Position numbers and translations under genes: made by a program
Part shown: positions 12,434-24,523 of the stretch, one piece after another
How the letters are laid out: each line of letters opens with the position of its first letter
How positions within the stretch are numbered: position 1 is the first letter of the stretch
Assembly: GCA_030704615.1 (NCBI GenBank)
Contig: CM060731.1
Span: 55,304,001-55,368,000, forward strand
Direction of reading: 5' to 3'
Source of the DNA: Takakia lepidozioides
Lineage: Eukaryota > Plantae > Bryophyta
Length of the DNA stretch: 64,000 nt
Notes under the pieces: generated by a model
The model's input: only the letters and a program-made list of their open reading frames with translations
What the model was told of the DNA's origin: nothing
The model's database searches: none

Positions 12434-14502
12434 TTGTAGTGTGAAAAGAAGGGGCGTGAATCCCCTTCTGTATAATTCTAATTGTGCTTCCCTCCATCCT
12501 GAGCGGAGCAAAAGAAAGGAACGTTCTTCTAATCTGTCCAACTGTCGTCACTTGGCTGTGGGTTTCCCTCAGCTCCTTCGTGATCAGAGTTCAAACAATC
12601 CTCATCCACGCCGCAGCGGAAGAGAAGACATGGATGGGGAGTCAAATTGTTGTTCACTCTTGGTTCTACCTTTTACACAACATCCTCTACCTGCAGGTAC
12701 AACACCAACTATGCTGCCACGATGTATTCAGTGATGCAATCAGCCCTATGTCAGTGATGAAACACTGCTCTTGTGGGCAGTTCCCTTGGTCAGCAACACT
12801 TCGGAAGCCCCTTTTTGTAATGAGATCACGGTCTAGGTGGATGGGCAGCTCAGATCTGCCATGAACTGCAGGCCCACTAGTTTGATCATTCAGGGTTCAT
12901 GTCTTCTTGACCTTGCCTCTCCATTTGTCCATCCCTCATCAACCCTTTCTCCCTTTTCACTTTTTCTTTCTCTCACACTCTTTTTCTTTCGTGTGTGGAT
13001 TCCTCACTTTTTCCACAACAGCATGGCTATGATGCAATGCAATGCACATCCAGCCAGGCAACCAGTGCATCCATCATTGAAGTCAACCTTGGTCACACAA
13101 GACATGATCTGCCCCTCTGTCAGTCTTTCTCTCTCTCTCTCTCTCTCTCCAGTGACTGGTCCTTGCACTATCTTTCCCCAAGTGGATCCTATTTGGCCAA
13201 GGTGCTTCACAACCCTTCTACAGATCTCAAATCACACACCCTGACAGCTCTTTTTTCTCCTCAACTGCAAACATCAGTCATTCACATGTTGAGAACACTT
13301 CTAGAAATCAGATCCAAACCCCAAAACAGTATTGACTTTTCTTCCCCATCCACGTCATCCCTTCTCAGCTCTTCAAATCCGTTTCTGACTGACCATCCCT
13401 GTTTTCCTCTATCCACCAAGCTAGTTCTACACTGGCTCCACTGTTTTAACATCCAGGGCTGCCTTGTTTTGCTGGCTGAAGACACTGAAAATAAAGAAAA
13501 GGAACACAACAACAGCAACCATTCTGACCCTGAGGTGAGATATCCTTGTCCCCTCTCATTTTCCTAATGACAGTGTAACAACAGGTGCATCCATCTCCAC
13601 CCTATCCTGGTTTGAATTCCAGTGTCTTCATTCCATTTTCAAAGGCCTTTTCTACTCCTCACATTTCTGTCCCCTTCAGCAGATACAAGAGACAGTTCCA
13701 AAAACTTCACAAAGTCATTCCTAAGTGCCCAAAAGAGAAGCCAACACTCTTAGAACTTATCTGTTTTTATACTCGTGTGAAGCGGTGGTTCTGCCTGCCA
13801 AGCTGGCACCTCACCATCGCTGTCATCAGCCATATTCAACGCTTCTCCTCATCTTGATTCCAGTTCTCATCATGTCATGAGGGCTTGCTTCATCAGCTGG
13901 CAACATCCTTGTGCTTGCCAACCTCTACCCTATCCTTCTACATGTGTACTTCTGCCCTAAGGATTGATGTGCTCCTACAGCTCTAAGACAGAAGGCAACT
14001 ACAAGTCTTAATTACAGATAACCTGAGTCGCATCCACCAGCCTGCACTTCTCATTCCCCAACAGCTGTTGCTGCGCTCCATCTCCTCATAACTGTACTCT
14101 TCAAGACAATGGCGGCAGCGGTAGTGCACCGCTCTTAGCACCTGCTCAGCTTTCAAAATTGATTATTACCACGCAGAAAGAGGCACCGCTTCTCCTTGCA
14201 CAAAATGCCAAGCAGATCCCTTAACGTCGCGCTTTAAGGCAAGCTGATTCACATGGCGCAGGTGTAAGTTCCCAAGCCAGCCTGCCTGACAACACTACGG
14301 CAGCAGCTGTGAAGAGTTGCCCGTCGTCTTCCTCCTCGTTTTCCTCAGCTCGAGTTTCTAGGTTAAACATACGCGACGAAAATCATTCATTCCAAGGATG
14401 AAAAATGCGCATGTTATGACTTAGCCATATTTTGTCCTGGCAGAGCAAGAGCATAGTGTTCCCATGGAATTACCTGTAGGCCTGGGTAATTCCCTCCCGA
14501 CA
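12434..14502 (-). mobile_element. LTR-retrotransposon remnant (family G2 LTR plus 5' internal region)
   Basis: 14280-14502 is a diverged reverse complement of the LTR at ~46314-46560. Minus strand begins TGTCGG. Possible PBS near 13800. Confidence 0.6.
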
Positions 14503-14968
14503 TTAGGGGGCTGCTATTTCATGAGCCATGAGCCATGAGCGGCATGAGCCATGAGCAGAGTCGTAAGTGTGGAAAAAAACATGAGCAGCACTATTTTCCA
14601 GAAATGAGTGTCCGCGGGAATAGGGTTTAGGGTGCCACGGTCATAGGGGGAGAAGGACCTCCCGATGAAGGAGGTTCGGCAATGTTATTTAGAATTATAT
14701 ATTGAAAGGCAATGTTTCGCGAATGGTAGGGTGGTACTGCTCTGTACAATGGGGGCCCATTTCAGCCTACCAGCCATTTGCAAAATTCACCCACACTCCC
14801 AATCCCAAACGAAATGAGCAATGACGCATTCTCGGAACGATGGACACAGAATAGAATAAAAAGAGGGCACAATGAGGTTTTTATTGATCCACATGAATTG
14901 CATTTGAAGCACGTCTACTGTGCTGATTGTGCCCTCAAATTTTGAGCCCTGTACCTACTGAATACAAG

Positions 14969-15799
14969 TCACGTTGTCAATGGGACTTCGACTGCTCTCA
15001 GAACTAGCTCATGAGTCCTGGGGCTCCTCCATGTAAAGTCGATTGCAGCCGTTGTACCGCCCCTAGTGATGTTCACCACAATGTCCTGCCCTTCAATCAT
15101 ACCACCATCGAATATGGAAATCTTCACGTTTTCGTCGTCCACACCAATGCGAATGTCCCCATACAATGGAGAAGAGGAGCGCACTCCTCGAGGAGAATAG
15201 GTCTCTCCGATGGAGTCCACCCACGTCCAGTGGCAGCAGTTCCACCGCAACAGCATAGCAGTGCGCCTTCTTCTGCATGGGTGACCGTCGTAGCTGGGAA
15301 AATCGGAATCGAGGATGCGCAGGAGCCACGGACTCCTCAAACCAAGATCGTCACCCCGCTCGAAGGCGTAGTGGCCTACGATATACTCAAAAGCCACCAA
15401 TGTTTCCACAATCGAACCAGTATCTTCTGTGTAATCTGTGTACCAGATAACAATGTCTCCCGATGTGGCCGAATACTTTGCATAATCGATGCCTCCAAAG
15501 GGGCAGTCGTCCCGGTTCCGGAAGCACGGCATCCTTGCAAAGGAGGACCTGAGGACGACTTGGATGCCGATGACCTTGCGGACAGCTACGAAGCCCTTAG
15601 ATTTTGGAAATGATACGAAGCGGAAGAGCAGTCCGGCCTCCAATAATGGAGCATCTGGGTCACACGTACCCACCGATGGAGGTGGAACGTGTTCATCACG
15701 CCAGCGGTGGATGAAGCCATATATCTTTCTCATCAACAAGTTATAGTTTGAGATCTGCCACCGAAGTCCATCCCCCCGGATGGAAATTCGGCGCCGCAT
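14969..15799 (-). CDS. Orphan protein ORF-X (likely start ATG 15532, MPCFRN)
   Basis: Intact ORF. Strongly conserved with 60758-61321 and paralogous to ORF-Y. Confidence 0.75.
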   Translation of the reverse strand: MRRRISIRGDGLRWQISNYNLLMRKIYGFIHRWRDEHVPPPSVGTCDPDAPLLEAGLLFRFVSFPKSKGFVAVRKVIGIQVVLRSSFARMPCFRNRDDCPFGGIDYAKYSATSGDIVIWYTDYTEDTGSIVETLVAFEYIVGHYAFERGDDLGLRSPWLLRILDSDFPSYDGHPCRRRRTAMLLRWNCCHWTWVDSIGETYSPRGVRSSSPLYGDIRIGVDDENVKISIFDGGMIEGQDIVVNITRGGTTAAIDFTWRSPRTHELVLRAVEVPLTT

Positions 15800-16082
15800 T
15801 TACATCGAAGAGGGGATGGACTTCGTCGTGTCCAGTGGCTATCGGCCCACCTGGCAGTGACTGCCCATAGTTTGCATGGCAGGGTAGGAAACTGAAACGG
15901 CTACATTCATGCAGCAGCCAATCTTCATCGGTCCAGGATCCTGTAGGGGGGAAATTTAAATGTGCCCTGGAGTGTTTGTGAGGAATTGCAGCGTTAGCTT
16001 GAACTTTTTCCAGCCACCGCGCTGCTCCTCCTCCATCCGGGAGCTGCTGTCATTGAGCGTACTCCGCTACTCTTTTTCAAGG

Positions 16083-16661
16083 ATGCCGTGCCGCCGAAAT
16101 CCAGCCGACTGCCCTTATCATGGCCACGATTATGCTATGTTCAAACCAGAATCAGGAGACATCATTGTCTGGCTCTCTGTTTTCACAGACGCTGCTGGAA
16201 TCAAGCAAGAGTCTTTGCGCGCAATGGAGTATCTGGAGGGCTATTACCGCTTTGAGCGAGGTGAGGGCGAGGGTCAATGCGGTCCGTGGGTCCTGAAAAT
16301 TGTTGACCTCGATATACCAAGCTGGAAAGGGATGCCGGATAGATCACGCACGGCCTCGCTTTGGCGCTGGAACTGCTGCCAGTGGACCAGGGAGGACGGC
16401 ACCGGGGAAAACTATATACGTGCAGATCACTCCGCTCTTCCAGTGTATGGAGACATTCGGCTGCGTTGCGAAGACGAATCGCACGGGCACATGAGGCCCA
16501 CAGTGACCTTGTCAATGTATGATGGTGGTATCATTGATGGACATGACATTGTCGTTGGCTCCAGCAAGGGCAGCAGAACGACCGAATTGCAGTTTACCTC
16601 GAGGTGCCGCAGCAGTGATGAGCTTGTTTTGAGGGGTATCGAAGTTCCGTCGACTTGGTGA
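16083..16661 (+). CDS. Orphan protein ORF-Y (MPCRRNPADCP...)
   Basis: Intact ORF divergent from ORF-X. Inverted near-identical copy at 37058-37634. Confidence 0.75.
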   Translation: MPCRRNPADCPYHGHDYAMFKPESGDIIVWLSVFTDAAGIKQESLRAMEYLEGYYRFERGEGEGQCGPWVLKIVDLDIPSWKGMPDRSRTASLWRWNCCQWTREDGTGENYIRADHSALPVYGDIRLRCEDESHGHMRPTVTLSMYDGGIIDGHDIVVGSSKGSRTTELQFTSRCRSSDELVLRGIEVPSTW

Positions 16662-16918
16662 AGCCCATGTAGAAGGAGGAAGGGCTTAGTTTTGTCTGCA
16701 GTTGGTAAATGTGAGACATCGTGTCCGATCAATAAACCCATCGTACCTCACTTCTGTATGATTGTGTTTCATTGTGTTGAATAACTGTCGGAATTGGCCC
16801 ACTGTTTACAATTTGATGTCTCATTTCTACAATGTGTCTGTCCGGATGAATATAGCAGAGTAACCGGTATGTGAGTCATGTGTCAAGAATATACCAGAGT
16901 AACGCCATGTCGGACATC

Positions 16919-17716
16919 GAAATGCGGCACCGCATTTCCATGTCGCCATCGAAATGCGGCGCCGCATTTCCATGTCGGCACCGAAATGCGGCACCCCATT
17001 TCCATGTCGGACATCGAAATGCGGCACCGCATTTCCATGTGGGACAAGAAAATGCGGTGCATCATTTCCGTCCAGGTACACGAAATACCAACACGGGTCT
17101 ATAAATTGATCAGAAAACGAGGTTGGCATTGCAAATGCGGCGACGCATTTCCAGCTTGGCAATGGAAACTTCTTTTTGGACAAGGGAATGCGGTGCCGCA
17201 TTTCCGTACAACACTTCGAAAAGTGTGACATTTCCGACCAGCGCGATGGAATGCGTTACCGCATTTCCGAGAGAGGGTCTGCAGATGGACAAATTGCGAT
17301 GTCCGTTCTGGAAATGCGGCGCCGCATTTCCATGTCCGTCATCGACTTTTTTTTAACAATGGAATGCGGTGCCAATTTTTTGCTGATGGGCCTGCAGTTC
17401 GAACAACGACCATCCCCAATACTGAAATGCGGCACCGCATTTTCAATCCCGCCATGTCGACCTCCTTGTTCGACCTCGTTGTTCGACCTCTGTAAGCGTG
17501 GTGGCATCCATGCAATGAGTGGGAGAGGCCAAAACTGGCGTGTGGACAAAGGAAATTTTGGAAATGCGGCACCGCATTTCCAATTCAGATTACTTTTTAC
17601 TATGCCAACATTGAAATGGAAAATTTAGTCCCTCCCCTGTTTTGGAAATGCGGTGCCGCATTTCGAAAAGAGGTTCTTAGAGTTCCCCTGTTTTGGAAAT
17701 GCGGTGCCCCATTTCC
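16919..17716. repeat. Array of GAAATGCGGYRCCGCATTTC palindromes
   Basis: About 14 copies. Spacings 32, 32, 33, 33, 83, 53, 63, 63, 50, 63, 137, 84 and 51 bp. Confidence 0.9.
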
Positions 17717-17852
17717 GATTTTGGGAGCGTCGTGGTTTGGGCGATTGTGTGGCTGGAATGCACACTGGAGAGGGGTCACGAATGTCGGGCAGAATTTCCT
17801 TTATATACTCTGGAAGAGAATTTACATTTACAGAGACTTCATTAAAATTCTA

Positions 17853-18304
17853 TTAATCTTGAAAATCATCCGAATCCTCATCCTGTTCTAGACTGTCCTG
17901 CTCCTCCTCCACCCCCTCAGTGCCTCTCTCATCTCCAGCGGACTGCTCGTTGGCCAGGCTTTCGAAAATCCCATCTTCCCCTTGCGGAACTGTCCATCTC
18001 ACCTCCGTTGGGTCGTCTTCCTCCCTGTCTGCGTCGCTCTCATCCGCTGAATCACATATGTACTTTCGTACCCGTCTACCTGTCTGAGCTGCTACCAACT
18101 CTTTCCTTATCCTTCTGTCCTCCCTAGCCCTCTCCAAAATCTGCTCTACTTTACTGGGATTCTCACTTCTTCTAATCGCTGTATTTGCGAGTTTAGCTGC
18201 ATAACTAGGAAGGGAGTAGTCCCTCACCGGGCTCGTCATGAAATCGGCCCTCGCAAAGAACGGGACATTCTTCCTGGCAGGAAGTGTAGGCCCTACATGT
18301 TTCG
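17853..18304 (-). pseudogene. 3' end of the ParB-MTase gene (last exon)
   Basis: KNVPFFARADF...RWTVPQGEDGIFES. Inverted copy of ~35508-35958. The ORF-track N-terminus is read-through from the LTR. Confidence 0.8.
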
Positions 18305-19028
18305 TGTCGCGGCCCTTTGCCTTGAGGGCAGGGGGTCGGGACACATGAGGGGCTGCCCCTGTGGTGGGGGCAGCGGCGGCGATAGGTATGGGGGGCTGAA
18401 GCACCCTTGAGTGCCCAAGGCACTCAAGGAGGCGGAGGCGCTCACTAGGTGGAGCCCCGCACACCGGGTTGCGGTGGAGGTGGCTCCACAAGGGGTGGTG
18501 GTAGCTTAGTGGGACTTAGTGGGGGTGGCATAGGACTCACCATGGGGTGGAGACCTCGAGGTGGGAGTCGTGGGGAGTCTTGGGACTCATCACGGTCCAT
18601 TGGGGCCGCGGTGAGTGGGCCAAGACTCACCGCGACTCACCACCGGGAGTCGAGGGTTTTCGTGGTGGTTCGCCATAAAATGGCATGGCTGGTTATGAAA
18701 CCCCCGCGGACAGCTACAGAAGTATATATAGGGAGTAGTAACCCCGAGAACGGTGCAAGCCCGTTGGTGACCAAAAACTAGTGAGTAAGCGAGCGAGCCG
18801 GAAAGCGACCAAAGAGTGGGGAGCTGTTCCGGACTGCCATCTACCAAAGGGAATTCTCCTAGTCCCAAATAGGTGGAGGGTTTAGAGGGAAGCGGAAGGG
18901 GACCGTTATGTCCCGGTGAGCAGCCGAAACTCCAAGTTGGCCCGGCGGCCAGGTTGGGAGTCAGGCGCGCGCATCAAAGCGAGTAACTATGACTTGAAGG
19001 GGAGTTTACCGAACTGAGGTGTGCGACA
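18305..19028 (+). repeat. 5' LTR of chromovirus
   Basis: TGTCGCG...TGCGACA. About six differences by eye from 24524-25244. Confidence 0.95.
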
Positions 19029-19030
19029 TT

Positions 19031-19042
19031 TGGTATCAGAGC
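19031..19042 (+). promoter_or_regulatory. Primer-binding site, tRNA-iMet (TGGTATCAGAGC)
   Basis: Canonical plant iMet PBS, 2 nt after the LTR. Confidence 0.92.
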
Positions 19043-19083
19043 TTAGAGTTCAGTACGCGATCGTCCTTGGGATTGGCCTCATC

Positions 19084-22000
19084 ATGGGGTCGGGCAAGCC
19101 GAAGCGAAAGCGGAACGGCCCAAAAGATGATGATACCGGTGAGCCCGATGGGGCGACGTGTCACCGAGGCGGCCGTTTGAGGAAGCGATAATGTTTCCGA
19201 AACGAGGCCGCTCAGGAGCGGGAGGAATCCGAGGAGTCGGAGCCCGAGGAATCTTTGAGAGCTCCGACAAACCAAGAGATGCCTCCCATGCCGGCAGCCT
19301 TTTTGGGGGTTGTTGGCGCAGTTTGGCGGGACGTTAAAAGACGTGTTGAAGGCGGCTAATGCCACTTCCACCAAGGCAAAGTTTAAGGTGAAGCCTAAGG
19401 AACCCGGCACCTTCGAGGGCGTTCGAAACCGGAAGGCACTCAACACCTGGCTCCTGGAGCTAGAGCAGTACTTCCCGGCGGCCAAGTTGAGTGACGAGGA
19501 TCGGGTGGAAGTGGCTCCCACCTATTTGAGGGGCTATGCTCAACAATGGTGGCAGAAACGCCTTCACGACCGAGGCCCAAGCCCGGAAACCTTGAACTGG
19601 AGTGAGTTCAAGGAATTGATGAAGAGACAGTTTGTGCCCCTCAACGCATCCTGGCTTGCCCGGAACAAGATGAGGAATTTGAAGCAAACAGATGACATCG
19701 GGGGTATGTCCAGGCTTTCAATGTGCTGTTGCTCGAAGTCGCGGACATGGCAGAACCAGAAATGGTCTTCAACTTTGTGGCGGGACTGGCCCCATGGGCT
19801 AGGCGGAAGTTGGAGGAGAAGCCACCCAAGACTTTGAACGAGGCAATTGAGAGAGCTGAATGTTTCTCGGATGTCCCTAGGGGTGAGAGACAAGGCCGTA
19901 CGGAGCTGAACCACAAGAAGACCCGGCGGGAAGGTGACTCCTCCGACCGGAAAAGAAGTGGGATAGGCCACGCGGCGAAAATGGCACGTGGAAATCGAAG
20001 GAGGTCCTTCACACGTCAAGGCGGCACCCGGTGCTTCGAAAGGAAAAGCGGGTGGAGCGACTTATGGCGGACAGAAGGCGACCTTTGATGGAGTGTGTTT
20101 CAATTGCGGGGGCCCGGGCACATGGCCAAGAAGTGCACGAAGCCCCGGCAATTGAACATGACTCGGGCGACCACGGAGCTGTCGGAAGATACCATCAGTC
20201 GCTTGGTGGAAGCGGTGGTCGCCAGGACTTGCAAGGTAGGCAAATTTTCTTTGTGAGTTGTATCAGGAAACTGGCGCCTTACGAAAAGGGAGTCAGTTAT
20301 TGTTCGTGGATGGGATAATATCCGCGAACTAATGTGTCGTTGTTGGTGGACACAGGAGCGTCGCACTCCTTCATGGACGCGGCGGCGGCGCGAAAGTTGG
20401 GACTCCGACAAGTGACGTGGGGGCCTCTATTGAGGTGCGCTCTGCCAAAGGAGAACCTCAGTTGGCGACAAGGTTGGCGTTTGATGTTCCTCTTCAACTG
20501 GGGAGTTGGGAGGGACGTGAGAACTTCACTATCTGCGAGATCGATGGAGTGGATCTCATTTTGGGATGACCTTTTTGAGCAAATCCGGAGCGGTCATAGA
20601 TGGCCGCAAGAGAGTAGTCACGCTGCCATGTGGGAATGGTGGCGAGGTTTTACGAGTGTCGGAAACGCCCAAATCCGTGGGAGGGCGAATAAACCTTCTA
20701 TCAGCAAAGGAGTGGGCCGTGGAGGAGACACACGAGTCCCAGTTTTTGCTTTACATTAGAGAAGTGAAAGGAGAAGGCGATGGGGAGCCGAGCCCAGATT
20801 GGATCAAGGGGATTTTGGAGAAATACCAGGATGTGATGCCGGAGGATTTACCAAGCGGCTTGCCACCGCGAAGAGGAGTTGACCACAAAATTGAGGTGAT
20901 ACCGGGATCGGAACCGCCTGCCAAGGCGCCCTACGGTTGAGCCACAAAGAGTTGGTCGAGCTGAAGACTCAGCTCAAGATCTAATGTCAAAGGGGTACAT
21001 CCGGCCGAGTAAGTCACCTTACGGAGCCCCGGTGCTATTTGCAGACAAGAAGGATGGGACGCTGCGGATGTGTGTCGATTACAGGGCTCTGAATAAGGTG
21101 ACTATCAAAAACCGGTACCCTTTGCCAAGGATCGACGACCTCTTCGATCGGTTGGCAGGCGCGAAGTATTTCAGCCGGATCGACTTGCGCTCCGGCTATC
21201 ACCAAATTCGGGTGGCGGAAGGAGATGAGGAGAAGACCGCGTGCAGGACAAGGTATGGTTCATATGAGTTTTGGTGATGCCTTTTGGGCTCACCAATGCA
21301 CCAGCGACATTTAGCACGCTGATGAACAGCCTTTTCCAGGAGTGGTTGGATGACTTTGTGATCGTGTACATCGACGACATCTTGGTGTACTCGAAAACAA
21401 AGGAGGAGCACCTGGAGCACCTCAAAAGGGTGTTCCAAAAATTGCGAGAAGGGAAGCTGTATGCCAAAGCTTCAAAGTGCGAATTCGGGGTCACAAAAGT
21501 GGAGTTCTTGGGGCACGTGATTACACAGGATGGGATCAAAATGGATGACAGAAAGGTGAGGGCGATCTTGGACTGGGAGCCTCCGACTTCGGTCCCGGGA
21601 GTGCGATCCTTCCTAGGACTCGCCTCCTATTACCGGAAGTATGTGAGAAATTTCGCCAAGATCGCGGGGCCGCTGTCGGACCTTCTGTGTAAATCCAAAG
21701 TCTGGGTATGGAACACATTTTGTGGCCAAGCTTTTGCTGAATTGAAGCAGCGGATGACGGAAGCTCCAGTCTTAAAAATCCCGGAGTTCGATCGTCCGTT
21801 TGAGATTCATACAGATGCATCGGACTTCGCAATTGGGGGTGTACTTATGCAAGATGGACGTCCAGTGGCTTACGAAAGTAAGAAACTGAATGAAGTGGCG
21901 ACGGTGGCCGACGCACGAAAAAGAGATGAAGGCGGTGGTGCATTGCCTTGAACTCTGGCGCCACTATGTTGGTTCCAACCCAGTGAAGGTGTTCACGGAC

Positions 22001-23619
22001 AATGTCACGGTGAAGTATTTTGCCACGCAGCCCAAGTTGTCCCCAAAACAACTTAGGTGGCAAGATACTTTGGCAGTGTTCGACGTGGATATCCAGTACA
22101 AACCGGGACGGGACAATGTGGTGGCCGATGCTTTAAGTAGAAAGCAGCAGCTCTTGTTGGTGTACAAGGGCGAGACGGCGCTCCAAAGGAAGATCCGGAA
22201 GGCTTGCCGGAAGGATGAGCTGGCAAAGTGCGTGATGCAGAACTTGAGAATGGGGGTTAAATCGCAGTTCCACTTGCAAAACGGACTGCTCCGGTATAAG
22301 CAAAAACGTCTCTATGTGCCAAAGGGAGGGATCAGGGATAGTCTCTTGAGAGAATGCCATGATAGCCCGCTTGCGGGCCACGGTGGAGCCAAGCGCACTG
22401 CGGCACTCTTGAAGAAAGAGTATTTCTGGCCCAAACTGAGGGAGGAGGCAGAGGAGTATGTCAAGACATGCACCACATGCCAACAAAACCGGAGCGAGTA
22501 AAAAGCAAGCGGGGCTGTTACAACCCTTGCCGATTCCAGAGGGGACTTGGGAAAGCGTCTCGATGGATTTCATGACTGCTATGCCGCTGTCAAAAGGATT
22601 CGATGCAATCATGGTGGTGGTAGATAGGTTCAGTAAAATGGCCATTTCATCCCCACCAAGGAGACGGCAACGCGCAGGAGACAGGGCGACTTTACTTCGC
22701 CCACGTCTTAAAGCATCATGGAGTCCCGAAGGATATTGTCTCGGACCGCGATCCAAAGTTTACGAGTAAATTCTGGAGAGCACTTTGGAAGAAGATGGGG
22801 ACGAGGCTGAAGATGAGCACCGCCTTCCGACCTACGACGGAAACGGAAAGAGTGAATTCCGTAGTGAAGCAATTCTTGCGGAATTACGTGTCGGCAGACC
22901 AATCAGACTGGATGGAACACTTAGACGCGGCAGAGTTCTGTTATATAACACAGAACACTCCGCGACGGGAGTTTCCCCTTTTGTTTGGTCTATGGAAAAG
23001 CACCTCTGGTGCCGACAAGTTGGGCCGCCCAGGACGTTGAGGAACCGGCAGTAGCGGCGGTACTGGAAGAACGCGAGCGTTTGTTGAAGCTCGCAAAGTA
23101 CAACATTGCCAAAGCTAGGAAACGGTATGAAAGGCAGGCGAATCGGAAGCGGAGGGAAGTGAAGTTTGAGGCAGGCACAGAGGTCTGGTTGAACATCAAG
23201 AATTTTCGACTACCTCCGGAAATGAGTCCGAAGTTCGTACCTCCGTATGCGGGTCCCTTTCGCATTCGGAGGGTTATGAATGAGGATGTGTATGAATTGG
23301 AGCTGCCGCAAACAGCAAGGTGCACCCAGTATTCCATGTCTCCCTTTTGAAGCCTTACTTCAAAGATGAAGCACGTCCGAATCGGCAGCAAGTGTTGCGT
23401 CCGCCACCTATGCTGTTGGATCATGAAAATGAACCCGAGTACGAGGTGGAGGCAATACTTAAGTCGAGGAGGTTCAAGAACCGAGAAACGGAGTATCTCG
23501 TCAAATGGAAGGGCTATCATCTTGTGGAGGCATCTTGGGTGCGTGCCTCAGAAATGGGAAACGCATCCGAGGCAGTTGCAGCGTTCGAAGGGCGACCTCA
23601 AAAGCGGAAGAAGCGTTGA
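19084..23619 (+). pseudogene. Chromovirus gag-pol with C-terminal chromodomain (multiple frameshifts)
   Basis: gag LKQT, protease LVDTGAS, RT YIDD, RH TDAS, integrase HDSPLAGH...CTTC and SMDF, GPF motif, chromodomain YEVEAIL...YLVKWKGY. Confidence 0.93.
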
Positions 23620-24523
23620 TGGGGACATCAACCTTGGAGCGTGGGGGAGGAAATGCATGCTTAGCCCGGTTTAGCTAGCTCAGGAATCCGATTGCAAAAA
23701 CTTGTATTGTACAAAAATTTGTGATAAAGGAAATGGGTTCCAAATATTGTGCGTCCTATTGTGTGTTTGGAATGGTGATGCATGGTGTGGTTGGCTGGTG
23801 TGTAGAATGCATGCTAGCTTACAAAAGTGGGAGAGGTAAATTGGTTAATCGTGTGTTTGCGCAGTGCCGAAATCGGGTGACTCCCATCCAAGGGGCAAGG
23901 AAACTTGCGCCTTATTTGGGAGTTCAAGTGCTAGTGCGCACCTGGCGCGTGCGTACTATAACTGCGCTACCGAGGGGGTTGCCTTGTAGTGCGGGCTAAC
24001 GCGGAAGCTACGTGCTTCCGTTCACGTACTATAATCGTGTAGCCTCGGGACGAAGTCGTAGTGCGGCTTCGGCGTGTTCCCGTACCTCAGGCCAGCATTC
24101 CAAGGCGGACCCAATTGTAGTGATTGGGGCGCACGGTTGGTTCAAGGTTATCTTCCTAGTCAAAGAGGGTTCCAGGTGAACCCTTGCTCAAGGTGATGCC
24201 AAAAGCGGCATCATGAGCGATCGCAAGCAATGTTGTTGCAGTAAGGCGATTCGATCCTCGGGGAGGATCGTTCCTTGGCCTTGAAGTAGGCCAAGAAGAG
24301 TGCACTGGGAGGAGCTGGAGAGGCTCCACCCTTGGCCGGGACTTGGAGGAAGTCGGCCGAACTAGCTAGTGGAGAGTGAGTCAAGTGTGGGGTTTGGTTC
24401 TTTGCCATGGGACGCCATGGTACGGAAACAAACTCCTTGATGTGGGACGCCACAACTTGGATGTTCGTTTCTACAAAATGGACAAGTCGATGAGGACATC
24501 GACTCCCTGTTGGTAGGGGTGTG

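Larger units (their letters stand above)
14506..18304. mobile_element. Mutator-like element, left portion (copy B)
   Basis: Starts with TIR GGGGGCTGCTATTTCATGAGC plus CATGAGC repeats. Contains ORF-X, ORF-Y, a palindrome array and the MTase-gene 3' end. Cut by the chromovirus. Confidence 0.85.

Noticed and set aside
17853-18491. 212-aa ORF as a standalone gene
   Set aside because: Chimeric frame: antisense LTR sequence fused to the MTase-gene last exon at 18304/18305.
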